Source of the DNA: Spirogloea muscicola | Lineage: Eukaryota | NCBI GenBank assembly: GCA_009602725.1 | Contig: WELB01000018.1 | Span: forward strand, 177,802-241,801 | Length of the DNA stretch: 64,000 bases | Direction of reading: 5' to 3' | In this document: positions 51,701-64,000 of the stretch, piece after piece | Numbering within the stretch: the stretch's first letter is position 1 | Layout: every line of letters starts with the position of its first letter | Position numbers and translations under genes: made by a program | Notes under the pieces: model-generated | The model's database searches: none | Seen by the model: the letters and a program-made list of their open reading frames with translations, nothing else | What the model was told of the DNA's origin: nothing

Positions 51701-54188
51701 AGCTGGAGGAGGGACTTAGCACCTCCAAGCAGCTGTCAAGTGCTACATCCATGTTACCGTGTGCATATAGTGCATATTGGTTCAGGTTGGACTTCCACAA
51801 ATGAGGAGCTGAGCTAGGCTGCAACTCAATGGGTTCTCAATCATTTCCGTCTCACTGTAATCTCTTAATCTCTAATTGGCTATCTACTTCACCTTTAGCA
51901 CCTTGCTGCTCTGTGCTGAATTCTGGGCCGTTGCATGCCAGGCAAGACTGGCATCTCGGTGATGATGTATGGTCCCAAGAAGGAGTACATGATCGGGACA
52001 ATTGAATGCAAGGCCGGGTTCGCGTTTGAGCGCATCGCGGTGCCTCAGCCCGGCGACATCGCGCGCGCCTCCTCGTCCGCAGCCCTTGACTCCGTGCGGG
52101 CAGTCTCCGACACGTGAGTTAGCACAGAAACCCCAAGTCTTGAGCCTGCTAAGCTGATCTGACGCTGAAGACTAAGTGGTTTGGTATTATCACGTAAGGC
52201 GTGGCTTGTTGAGAAGCGTTTCTCAGCTTCTTTGGCGAGCCTCAGTGCTAACTCGCGCTCTTATCTGGCTGTACACTTGCAGCGTCCTGCCCCTCTTCCG
52301 CGGCGCCGCACAGGAGCTGCTGGACTCGGGCTTACCTGCCGTTGACGCCCTTGCCAAGGCGCTCGCCAAAATTACGGTCAGTGGTGGACGATGCCAAGGC
52401 CATCAATGTTACTTTAATTGCCAAAGCCGCCGCTTAGTCCTTTTGCCAAGATCCAACTTCTTGCTGTTGTCATGTCTGGGAGATGGCGAGCGATACGCCT
52501 GGCTTGCAAGAGTGGAGTGGGTCACTGACTCGCTGCATGGTTGCCTTGCTAGCTGGCAGCATGCCACTGGTGCCGAGTCACCCACCTCCTGGCAATCTCT
52601 TCTCATGCTCACCGAAAGAAACCCTGCTTATGCAACATAGTGCCAATTGACTGTTCTGTCTGTCCAGGGGCACACGGAGGTGAAGCCGTGCTCCCTGCTT
52701 ACGGCGCACAATGATGCTACCACCCTCCACTTCCAGGCCGACACAACCATCCGCACGCCGTCGTGAGTGCCTGTTAGGCAGTGCCGGCCTTTCATCTTGA
52801 CCTCCTGCCCTCACAGGAGGGACAATTCCTACGCTGTATGTAGTTGGCCACTCTATCTCTCTGATAAATTGTTGCGACCTCTGAGGGCCAGATTGTCGTC
52901 AATCCTCATTTCTGCTTGCTTGCTTGCTTTCCTGAAGTATATGTCTTCTTCACCAGCCACTGATGCACTTTGCACAGCCGTGACACAACCATGACTGCCA
53001 GTTTCACCTTGTTGACATGGCTCCCACACTGCAAATCTGCAGTTACGTTTTCAACTACCTGCGACGAACGATGCCGGAGGCGGCAGTTGCAGAGGTGCGG
53101 CGCATGACGCTGACGCAGGACGGCATGGGTGCGGTGTTTGATGTGCCCTCTGCCCAGGCTGAGCAGTTTGTTACAAGTGAGGGCCTCTGAATCTCACTGC
53201 CATGCTAGCCTCCTTGAGAAACAGAAGGTCAATTGATACTAGCTCTCATCATCTCTGCCAGTGTATTTGTAAGTAGGTTAGCATGCATGTGAATAAGCTT
53301 CCCCACTGTTGCAGCCTTCTCATTAACCCGTTCTCCTCGCCTAGCTTTTACTGAAGCCTCAACTCACAGTCGAGGATGCGCCCATGTGTGTTTGGGAACC
53401 CCTAACTCCAGGAGCACGAGGGCCGTCAGGTCTTCTACTCGCCATTTGCTATGCGTTGGCTCTTACTGGCAGAATTGATCTATGTGCTGGACTATGCAGG
53501 CCATGAGAGGGATGTAGCCGAAGGCGACGAGGCAGGAAGGAAAACGGCGGTGACCCTTGAGGTCGCCGCTTCGCTCCCACCCTTGCAGGTCAAGCCAGCC
53601 TTCGACTCCTCCAGCGGGTAAGATTCCTCAAGCTGGTCTGACAAAGAGGTGTCCGGTCAGTCTTCGCCAAGTGGCTGTTGTAAGGTCCTTAAGCTGGTTT
53701 GACAAATGCACATCTGGTCAGTCTGTGCAAACTGGCTATTGCACTGTAAGGTCCAGCAACAGCGCCGTACTTCCTGTTGCCATGCTGAGCCTGAGCCATA
53801 AGAGTCAGATTGCCATGGGCAGTCAAATGGCCATGGGCAGCCAAGCGTCTGCTTTGCACAAGGTGTCATTGGGCATGGGCCTCGTGGCTGTCACTCATAA
53901 ATAGCAACAATAACTTGTCCTTGATGCCACTGCTTAATATGCCTGAGCTATTTGGGCCGCTTACTTCATGAGCATTGTCCACTTCCTTGCGCAACGTCCC
54001 TAGACTTCATTGGGCTGCTCATTCTGCTGATTGACAGGGGTGGCTACGGAGGTAGCGGCGGTGGCTACGGAGGGGGAAGTCGCAACCGGGGAGGTTTCAG
54101 CGGCGGCCACGGCAGCAGTGGCGGCAGCAGCAACGGCTTCAGCCCCGGCAGGGGTGGCGGCTACTGCGGACGCAGCAGAGGGAGGTAG
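48609..54188 (+). CDS. RH7: DEAD-box RNA helicase 7 (DDX21/PRH75-like, GUCT domain, Gly/Arg-rich tail)
   Basis: Lys-rich N-terminus; [98 protein letters not shown]-like [21 protein letters not shown] tail. Confidence 0.95.
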
Positions 54189-54923
54189 TCAGGTGCGGCG
54201 GCCGCCTCAGAGAGTAGAGGACAACGTCTTGGTCGCGCTGTGCAGTGGTGCGGTTTAACTCGTGTAAACCAAATCTTCTGGCCTTTCAGCGTTCTCCGGC
54301 CATCCTGGCATCACTTGCCTGACTCCTGCTTCCGTCATCCTGGCATATATAGCCTGATTCTTGCTTCCACTTTCCTTGATGTGTTCGATCTGCACCTTAT
54401 AAGGATGTAGAACAAAGAGGCCGTGATCTAGGGATTGATATTCTTTCGGCACACTTCTCCACATTGTTAGGCCTGCCAAAGTGGTGCAGAGCGCGGGCAC
54501 TTGACCTTCTCACTTGCTGTGTTGGCAGCTTTTCTAATGCTAGGTAATGCTTGCGGCAATGCGATTTCCAACCAAAGAGCATGTTAGCACACTTGCTGCA
54601 CATAGACGCCGCAAGAATTTTGACGACATGAAGAGATTGTGTGAATATGTACTACACTGTGCAAGTATACATATGCATTTGCACATTGGAAGCATGGGCC
54701 ATCGGGCTTATGGAGGAGTCGGGCACAGTGGCAGACGCTTTCGCGCGTATTGCAGCAAAACGCCAGTGTCTACTAAGGGTGTCATAAGTGAGGTGGAGGG
54801 AAGGCCCTTGCTTGGGCTGAGTGGCCTCCTCCTCTATGCGGGTGCTCGCTTAAGGGGCCAAGTGCAAAATCTGCAAGTTGCAGGGCGCGTGCAGCACATG
54901 AGGCAGAGCAGGATCCTGCGCCG

Positions 54924-57713
54924 TCATTCCTCCTTGCAGTTGCAAGGTTGGCCGTCGCGCTCGACCCACGTGCAGCGGCCCTCCTCCACCCACTGCCGGC
55001 GGGCCTCGTGTACACGGGCCGCTGCCTCGTCGAACGCCGCGTCTGCCTCGTCGAGCGCGACGGCGCCGGCACTAACGGCCAGCATCGACTTGAGGCAGAA
55101 GGTGCAGCAGTCCCCAGAGCACCGCCGACGTAGGGAGCACTCTTTGGTGTACCTGCCGTCCAACAATGAGAGAAGGGCCTGTCAGAGGTGCATAATTTCG
55201 CTAATATTTTCTGTTTGGCTGGTCTAAGCCATATGCTGTAAACAATGTTGTGGTTGAAGCTCTCTGGGTTAGCTTGGTGTGTCTGAATCACCTGCACATA
55301 TAGCAGCGGAGGGCCTCCGTCTTGTTTACTGCGCCAGGGCCGGCAGGCCACAGGCCTTGGTATGTCTTCTCGAAGTTGCGGAGAACCTGCTCAGACAGTA
55401 GAGAACTGCTTCACTTACTGTAAAGACTGCCACTTTTGTAGATGAAATTGCACTCTTGTAGACTTCTCAGTTGTTTTCAAACACTTGATCGCGATTGACT
55501 CAGAGCGACTGGTAGAACTAAGAGCAGAGTAGTCCTATTTTGCCCAAATTGACTGTTGAGTACTTGATTGCGGTGAACTCACAGCAACTGGCAAGATTAA
55601 CAGGAGACTATTTCGAGCTTGCCCAGCATGGATCAGATAGCAACACAAGATTCAAGGCACTGAGTCATTTTTTGATGCACACTAGCATTATAGGAAAAAA
55701 TGCCAGACAGTCACGCCTTACCTCAATCACGGCAAACTCGTCATAATCATAGCTGTCAAGCAGGTTGCCCGTGTCGTCTGTGTCGTTGCCATCCTCGGCG
55801 CGGCTGGCCCCAGCTCCTGCCAGGCAGGTCGGATAGTCGATGCCCTCTGTGGATGAGAACTCGCCCTCCCAGAAGATGGAGATCTCGTGGCTCACGCCAA
55901 AGTCGTACTCGTAGATGAGGACAGGGTTGGCCGAGTTGAGAACGTCGGAGACCCTGAAAGCCCTCTCGTCCAGCACCTGCACCAGCATCTCACAGATCTC
56001 AATGCTCTGTGTATTGCATGCTCAACATCAGTTGAACCGGTCTTCCAGAAGGCTCCCATCTTCCACATCGATACCCCGATCAACTGTCATCTTGGGTGGA
56101 AGACTTTTTGGGCAGACGTCCTCAGTGTCCACAATTATATGATGTTACAATTAATGTAAACCAAGCCTAAGCACGAGGCGTCAGATTGTCGCAAGCGAAG
56201 AACAGGGCCAAGGCACCTCCAATGGACCCAAAAGGTAACAAGCCAACCAAGCCCATGGGGCCAAGAGTTCCAAAGGGCCAGTGCCAGGGCCAGGGCCGAG
56301 GACCCCCCTAGCCCCTTTGAAACTCTTGGTCCCGTTGGCTTGGTTGGCTATTTACCTCTTGGCCCCGTTCTTTGCCTTGCGACACTTCGACACTTTGTGC
56401 TTTGGCTTTGCGAAGATTCTGTTATGTTGGTCCCAATACCACCAACTAGTCCAATGTGGCCATCATATAGCAGGTCAGGAATACCTTGTTATGCTCTATA
56501 TCTCTGTGAACAGACTCAGACAACAAGATGGCTACATTCCTTGGTGTAGATAGCAAGTCCTCACCTGCTTGGGTTTGGATGCAAACGCGAGCTTGTCCAC
56601 AGGGTCGGGGCCAATAGGCAGAGCCTCTTGGTGGGGATGCGAGTGCTGCACGAAGACATTGGCCTCATCGGCGTCACTTGCCGGCGTCAAGTAGTCGCCG
56701 CCCGCAGCGTCGGGGATACCAACCACCAGCTGCAATGCAAGCCAACAGATATTGTTGCACGGCGTCAGGCCAGTTGAAGGAAAATGTGTTCAACCCTGGA
56801 GCGTGCTCGCAAAATATTACCATTTGCAATAGAGACATTTGCCCGTGGAGAAGGGTCTTCCGTTGTACTTCAAGTGACCAACTTTAAGTAAAAGTGGGAG
56901 AAATGAACCAATTCAAAAGTCCAAATTTTCCAAGAAAGACGAATGCACCCGGCTTGCTGCAAGAATCCTTGTCAGTCACAGTCAAAGGAATGCCTTTGAC
57001 TGCTCAAGTCAAGACCTGGAACGTGCGAATTTCGTCCTCGTTGGCGCTGTCGGTGTCGGCCGCTGGCAGCTTGGAGAGGTCCGTGCGGCCAAAGCCGGGG
57101 TACCGCGGGACGCTGCCGCTGGCCTTCTTCGACTGCCTGAACTCGTGCAAGTGGGTGTCCTCGAAGTCGAACGCGTTCTGCAGGAGCACGTCCCGCCGCA
57201 GGCCACGTCCGACTTAGATAGACTTAGCGAAGCAGGCACAACCTCTGCATCTGCATTCGAGCCTTCAGGCGAGCGTACGAAGGCCTGTGCATGCAAGAGG
57301 TATACCCACGAGAAGATGGCCGCCATCTCCAGCTGACGGCCGTCAACGAGAACGCAACGCTCCTGTATGCTAAGAGCGAGGCTGACGAGCCTGGGCGCTC
57401 TAAGCTCCTTGTGCTAATCGTCAGAGCAGTCGCTGGAGGCCCTCCAGACAGCAGGCAACAGCGAATGTGGCGGGACCTGCAGCGCGACGTGGAGCTCGAG
57501 GAGGTTGGAGTCGGACGGCAGCGCGACGCGGCGCCAGATGCGGCGGTCGCCCGGCAGCGACGACTGCTGGCCGAGCACGCAGCACAGCACGGCGACGTCC
57601 ACGGGCTCGTCGACCGCGTACTGCTCCTCCGCCTCCTCCCCCTCCTCCTCCTCCTCCTCCTCCTCCTCCGCCTCGGCGCCCTCCGGCTCCGCCGCCTCGG
57701 CGGCCTCCTCCAT
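54924..57713 (-). CDS. pRiA4b ORF-3-like (MM3350-like) domain protein with acidic N-terminus and Cys-rich C-terminus, 6 exons
   Basis: Exons 57713-57477, 57177-57016, 56729-56565, 55976-55722, 55386-55292, 55152-54924, all joined by GT-AG introns and in frame. Motifs IWRRVALPSDSNLLELHVALQNAFDFEDTHLHEF, LIYEYDFG and YPTCLAGAGASRAED match the family consensus as I know it. The start may extend upstream past the N at 57766. Confidence 0.8.
56187..56384. mobile_element. ~198-bp foldback / MITE-like element with long imperfect inverted arms, inside an intron
   Basis: Termini TGTCGCAAG..CTTGCGACA. Internal arms aggtaacaagccaaccaagcccatggggccaagagttccaaaggg and ccctttgaaactcttggtcccgttggcttggttggctatttacct are near reverse complements. 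No clear target-site duplication. Confidence 0.55.
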
Positions 57714-58270
57714 GCCCCGCGGCTCCGGCTCGCCGGCGGCGCCAGCGGCGGCGGCGGCGGCGGCGNTCCCGACTATGTGCATTCTTTTGGGCTGGCCTCT
57801 CACAGCCACCAGTCAATTTGGAGGCGCTGTTTTCTCGTTCAGAGCCCCTTTCTGGGCTGGCTTTTGTGGGACCCCAGTCCCAGAAACGCCTGGCAAAACC
57901 GTTGCCACCGTCAGTGGTTCCCCGCTCTGCGCCGTTAGGCGCGGGCTGGTAGTGGGACGAGCTCGTTGTAGGCGCGCCGGCTCCGCCAATCCCGTCTCCT
58001 CGCCCGCCTTCGCCGCCGCCAGCGCCGCCGCCGCCGCCGCCGCCGCCGGCGGCAACGCCACACTGGACGTTCTCGGATCCCATGCCGGCGCAGGTGCGCG
58101 AGCTGCCGGGAGGGCGGACGATTGTGCGAGCCCGGGGGCCTTCCGACGCCGCCTGTGGCGCTCGGAAGCCGTGGCGAGCCCGTCGCGGATGAGCGCCGAG
58201 ACCGCCAGGAGGCCGCGCCGCGCGGCATCGCGCTCCCGCATGGTGCGCCGCGAGCCATGAGGAGCCCGCC

Positions 58271-61200
58271 ATGGAGCCGCCATGGGCCACTGGCGGCGGC
58301 GCCGGCGCTTACTTCGTCGTCGGCGGAGGCCCTCCTCCCAGCGGCCGCCTCGGACCTTGCTACGACCACCACGGGCCCCGCTGGCCGCCGCCACCGCAGC
58401 TTCCGCCGCCATTGCCATCTTATGCTGACGGCGCGGACGAGAGCCTCCATTGGCAATCCCGAGCTTCGCCCCATGACTTTGGCCCCGCATCGGCTGCGTC
58501 ACGTCTAGCTCAGCGGCCACTGCCTGTCGCCGCCAGTCCCCGCGTGGCCCGCCCCGAGAACCTGTACAACGAGGCCTGGGCGCGTGCTGTCAAGGGCGAG
58601 GCTCTGGGCGATGGCGGACGTGCACAGCGAGGGCCCGACTCACAGGACAGAGCGTCGTCAGGCGTCGACTGCGAGGCGCTGCCCGCCGCCTCTGGCGCGG
58701 AGGTCGGCCATGGCCGTGCTGGCGAGTCGGTGGAGGAGGGGGAGGAGGGCGAGCTGGAGGAGGGCGAGATCGAGGACGCCGCCGACGACGACGTCGACGA
58801 TGGCAGCAGCGCCAGTGCTTCGAGCTCTCACAGGAGCCCCCCTCTGCTGCGAGAGGCGGAGTGGAGCGAGGAACCGCCGACTCCAGCCTCGTTGCGCAAG
58901 GAGCCGAGCTTGAGCCACACACACCGCTGCTCGTTGCAGGACTGGCATGGGGACAGAGGCCGCAGCGCCTATGGCTGGCGGAGCTTTGAATCAAACTCCC
59001 ACTCTGATGACAGGCAAAGGCCCTCCAGCGTCCAGTATCGCCGCAGTCACCTGCATGACATCAAGCACGGGGCAATACCGAACGGAATCAATTTGGGTGG
59101 TAGCAGGCAGGGAGAGCGCGACGATAAGGGCGGCAGAAGGTTGCCGCGTTCAGCAGAAAGTTCCTGGCAGAAGGCTGAGCACTGTCAGACGGATGAGGCC
59201 GTGACGGCCGAAGAGGAGGCCCGGCCGCTCGAGGTGGCGAAGTTGGTGCAGGCTGCTGCCGACGCCGTCCGCTCGACCAGCATCAAGGACGCTCAGAAGT
59301 GAGGCAGAGTTCGCAACTTGTGACTTGAGCCTAAGCCCGAACGCAGTTGCTTGGCTGCGTCACATCCAGCCGATGAGGTCCCAGGAGACTAGGATCGAAG
59401 ATCTAGGTGGGAGGGGTCAAGGGTTTAGTGTCCTTCAGTATGAGAGGTAGGGGTTAGCTTCATCGTCCTCTGGATGCGGGAGCCGTCACTGACCCTGATG
59501 AGCGGGGGGCGCGCAGGGCGTTGGTGGAGGTCTGCCGGCAGCTGCAGCAGGCCTTGGTGGCGCTCGAGGTGGCCCTGGGCCTGCTCTTCCCGGATGCCAA
59601 TGAGCCGATGCAGGGGGACGTGCCCGACAAGGTCGTCGCCGTCTCGCGCCAGGCGTTTGCAGGCATCCGGGCCGCATTTGCGGTGAGAGTCATGCACCTC
59701 AGTGATTAACCAACTGATTGGACTGCATCCAGGATCTGCTTGAAGGGTTCAATAAAATGTATTATGGTTATTTGGTTATAAGAATCTGGATATAGGGTGA
59801 GCCTCATGTTGCTGCAGCATAGTAAGCGCCCGCAGCATGGGCACCCAGGTCGCCAACACCGCCGCCGGGAAGGAGCAGCTGCATGATGACCCCAAGGCAC
59901 TCTCCAGGTGCTTCCTGCGACTGACTGTTGCCGTAGTCGAGCAGGGCCGAGCAATCATGGCAGCGCGGCGACGACTAGGTGGTCGGCTCATGATCAACGC
60001 TTCTTCCAGTTGTATGTCTTGGGGCAAACAGCTTGTCAGCAAAAACCAAGTCCAGAGGCTTGCAGCCCCAAAACTCTGGCTCTGGTGGCGCTTGTGAGCT
60101 GACACAGAATCTCCGCACGCTTTTGAATGAGCAGCCTCCTGGAGTTGGCCAGCGGAAGCTCAGGCAAGCTCTTCACAAAGAAGCAGGCCCAAGAGGTGTT
60201 GTGGTGCCGCAGCCCCTCCCTAGCAGTTGTGGATGGATGTTGTCTGTCAGGGTCCTCTGCTTAAGTAGATTGCTACAATCATCCAAATGAGCTTAGTGCG
60301 GTGTTTGCGCAACCTAGTGGACAATCAGATTATCAATGTGAAGACGAGGGTCTTATCTCTGACCTTGAAGAGGGCTCAACACTTCTTGACTGCTCATGAT
60401 TGTGCTGGACAAGTGGCGGCCTTCTCTTGACTTTTCTTGCGAGATCGTGTTGCTGGCTGTTCCTCGTAGGTGAGTGCCATGCTGCAAGGGTGGCCGGCAA
60501 GTAAGGAGCGCGCCAAGGTTGCCGGAAACAGCGCCGGTGGCAAGGCAGATGTATGGCAGCAGCAGGCAAAGCCGCAGTTGCCTGCAAGTGACATGCGACC
60601 GCTAAATCAAGAGATAGCTGCCAAACCTGAGGGTGATGGTGGCCTGCGACATGGCATCGATACCAATGCCAATCAGGTCGATGCCTTGGACACAGCGGCG
60701 CTCGCAGCTGCCGCCTACGCCTATGCGCGCAGGCAGGCAGGCCACCCTCAAGCGGTCGTCAACTCCAGCTTCTATGTGAGCTCGCCTTTTGGGTCCGGCC
60801 GGGCTAGGCCTGAGTTAGCATATGTCGATGGTGGAGCCGTGTGGCGCCCTCCATCGCCGCTGCGCGCGCAAGCCTCTCCTGCTGCATGGGGCTTGCCTAG
60901 GAGCGGGGAAGAGGCGGCATCGCCGACTGGCCTGGCCGAGTACGACTGGCAGCGGCTCCAGCCAGTAGCCAGCCGGGCCGCGTTCGAGTCTGTCCCTGCT
61001 CATGGACCGGTCCAGCCGCCTCCGCCGCTGCCGCCGCCACTCGTGCCAGAAGCGGCGTTCCTGCTGTACTCTGCCGCAGCTCCCAAGCCCATCCGACCAC
61101 CAGTGCCGCCACAGCCGACACTGCAGCCTCCGCCGAGCATTCAAGATGGCGGGCTGCATGCAGATTTGCCCGTGGCTGTGCTCGACAGGCCCGTCTACGA

Positions 61201-63961
61201 GAGCCTTGCCGCCGCAGGGCCCATTCCAGTAGGGGCGGACGTGAAGCCCATCGATGCCAGAGAAGAGTGGAGGAGCGGCTCCACTGATGACCAGCAGGCC
61301 AAGCGGCCCCGGCTGGAGCCTGCAGGCGAAGGCGAGAACGTCGGCAGCAGGCCCGATGCTCAGCAGCGGCAGCCGATAGCAGAGCAGGACAGGCAGCGGC
61401 CCAAGTCCAGGGACCCCCGACTGGAGCTTGCCAGCGAGAGGGCGAAGGCGAGTAGCGGCTGCGGCAAGCATGGGGCCCAGCAAGCCTCGGCGTCGGAGCT
61501 TGATGGCGTGCGATCCAAGTCCAAGGACCCCCGGCTTGCGATGCGGAAGGCCCCTCAGCCTGAGAGCCAGCTCAAGAGCAATCCCCCATTGGTGCCGCCG
61601 AGGCCGAGCAGCCCCATACTCGTGCCGCCAGAGTTGGTGGAGGTCGGTGTACGAACCTCGGCGTCTCGCAGCGCAGGGCCGGCCGACTCTGGACGCCCAG
61701 GCGATGCTCTCGCTGTGTCACTGCATGCTCCTGCGGAGGGGTTTGTGGCTGCCAGCTCCAGCTCCGTGGCTGAAGCTAGTTCGTCACGCGACCATATGGG
61801 CATGCCGGCGGGCCATGACGAGGCTCGACCGCAGGATGCAGGTTTGGGCTGGACATGCTACGCGCTGCACTTTGATATTGTTCCGCGGCGTTGGACTGAT
61901 GTTGACCGATCTTTGATCCAGCTTGCACTGCTCCATCTCCATGTAGAGTCCTGGGAGCTCAGTGTACCGTTGCTGAACTAATGTGGTGCCAGGCACGGCT
62001 GACGCAACCACGGTGACAAACGAGGCTGCCATTGGCGAGGAGAGGCAGCGGCGGCTAAAGGAGCAGGCCAGCATCCTGGGCCGTGGCAAGCTTGTGCTTG
62101 TGCTTGATCTGGACCACACCCTGCTCAACTCTGCCAAGGTGAGCACTGGAGCTCCGATGTCTGGAAGCTGCTGTGTGCACTCTTTAATGTAGACTACAAA
62201 TTTTGAATACACACGTAGATCCTTTATGAGCAGTTCCAGTTAAGGGCCTGCCTCTCAGTTGTCTTACAAAGAGGACTCTTAAGTGCAGTTTGGAGAGATA
62301 GAGCTGGCATGGGACCAGAAGCTCAGGGCTATCGAGAGCGCGGGGAGGCTGCAGTTGGGGCGAAAGCGAGAGCTTCACAGCTTCACGCACATTGCGATGT
62401 GGACGAAGCTGCGGCCTGGCATTTGGCATTTCCTCACCAGAGTAAATGGTTGTCCTTTCTAGGTGGCAATTTTGGTCCTATTATGTGCTGCTAGCTACTC
62501 CGTACTTTAGCCAGGAATCATTCAGCACATTTGTTGTAGCCAATTTTATAGTGAGTAATTTGCGTTTTCCAGCCCCTTTGGACCTGGATATATTCCTCTT
62601 GGCTTGCCTTTCAGAGCCAATATTTTCCTCGTAAGAACATCTCGTTCTTCTTTCCATGGCTGCAAGTCAGCTACGCTTCTCCATTCTCGATTGAATGCCT
62701 GCTCGACTGCGCAGGCAAGCCAACTGTATGAGCTGCACGTGTACACAATGGGCAATCGTGCATATGCAACGGAGATGGCGAGGCTCTTGGACCCGACGGG
62801 GGAGCTCTTTGCCGGGCGAATCATCTCCAAAGGCGACAGCATTGAGGGCGACACGGTCCAAGACAATGTCAACGACGAGGGCGAGATGGAGCTGGAGAGT
62901 CGGCCCAGCCAGCAGAAGAGCAAGGACCTGGATGGTGTCCTGGGTATGGAGTCCACAGTTCTTATTGTGGACGACTCAGCGCGCATGTGGCCGCACCACG
63001 CTCTCAATCTGATTGCTGTTGAAAGGTGGGTGCAGAGCAGCTTCAAGCCAAAGCTGTGGACCCATTCTGCAGAGATTTACCACAGACGCCATGACCTGGG
63101 CAGACCACATGTGAATGATCATTATAGCAGTCGTTTGGCAGTGAATCTGCATGCATCTCATTGGTGTGGAAATCTGGGTCTTGCTTTTGAAGTTTTGGAG
63201 TTTTGGAGTTTCGGAGTTTCCAGGCAGCCACATGAAAGGCTGATGCTTGTAGTGGATAGCAGGTACATTTTCTTCCCATCTAGCCGGCGGCAGTTTGGAC
63301 TGTGGGGCCCCTCCCTCCTGGAGCTGGGCCACGACGAGCGCGAGGCTGACAGCTGCCTCGCCATCACCCTCTCTGTACTCACCTTCATCCCTCAATTTAC
63401 AAGGCGTTAATGGCAGAAATATCACCGATCCTACAAAGAGCAACATGTGCAACATCAATATATGTTGGGTTATGTTCACTGGGCCATGCATAGTGACTGG
63501 ACATCTTCTGTATGGTGCAGGTGCTGGAGCAGATCCATCGGTCCTTCTTTGCTGACCCCTCCCGCGTCAACGATGCCGATGTCCGCAGCCTCCTGGCTCT
63601 GGTGCAGCGGGCGGTGCTGGGCGGCACCCGTCTTCTCTTCTCTCGCGTGTTCCCCGTCAGTACCGTGAGCTAAGAGCACATTGGAGCAGCCGGCTTAGCT
63701 GTGGAATATGCCGATCGCTACAAACCTTGCTTGCAGATTGTGGCTGAGGCAGACTGCCTGACTCAAGCCATGCTTGCCTGCTTGCCTGGTCTTTGCCTGA
63801 GTTTATGAGTGATTGAGTGGCTTAACGGGTTCCAGGTTGGCGATGCAAGTCCCCACATGCATGCAGTCTGGCGCATTGCCGAACAATTCGGGGCAGTGTG
63901 CACCACTGAGCAGGACGACAGGGTCACGCACGTGGTGGCCAACTCGCTTGGCACGGAGAAG
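58271..63961 (+). CDS. CPL3: RNA polymerase II CTD phosphatase-like 3 (FCP1 + BRCT); continues past window end
   Basis: EEGELEEGEI and RDPRL/KDPRL motifs in a long N-terminus. FCP1 domain: KLVLVLDLDHTLLNS, MWTKLRPG, LYELHVYTMGNRAYA, KDLDGVLGMESTVLIVDDS..W..NLIAVERYIFFPSSRRQFG. BRCT start: LFSRVFP..WRIAEQFGAVC..VTHVVANSLGTEK. Confidence 0.93.
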
Positions 63962-64000
63962 GTACTCAGGGTTAAATATTTGCATATTGCTGATCCTAAG

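Noticed and set aside
63185..63220. Small intronic tandem repeats (gagttttg-like here; also ~19531, ~22414, ~53805)
   Set aside because: Ordinary short slippage duplications with no further structure.

Overview
Eukaryotic, GC-rich, intron-dense nuclear DNA of plant lineage. The gene set (RLK/Pelle, PMIR, CPL3, PLAC8, MutS2), the short spliceosomal introns and the compact spacing suggest a streptophyte green alga; this is inference and the organism cannot be determined from the sequence alone. Twelve genes are recognisable: small HSP20, an RLK/Pelle pseudokinase with an apparently broken 3' end, an SMP+C2 synaptotagmin-like protein, a PLAC8 protein, SPT5, a PMI1-related (NT-C2 + LysM) protein, a METTL23-like methyltransferase, ALG10, MutS2, DEAD-box RH7, CPL3 (runs off the end), and a six-exon gene whose product carries the motifs of the mainly prokaryotic pRiA4b ORF-3 (MM3350-like) family fused to a Cys-rich tail. 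That last gene is the best candidate for something undescribed, possibly an intron-acquiring horizontal transfer, and one of its introns holds a ~200-bp foldback element. From 10.5 kb onward the genes form five consecutive head-to-head pairs around (GCC)n-rich islands. Every assembly gap and poly-A/T artefact falls in or beside such an island, so several 5' ends are missing. Exon boundaries were read by eye. No rRNA, tRNA or CRISPR array was seen.
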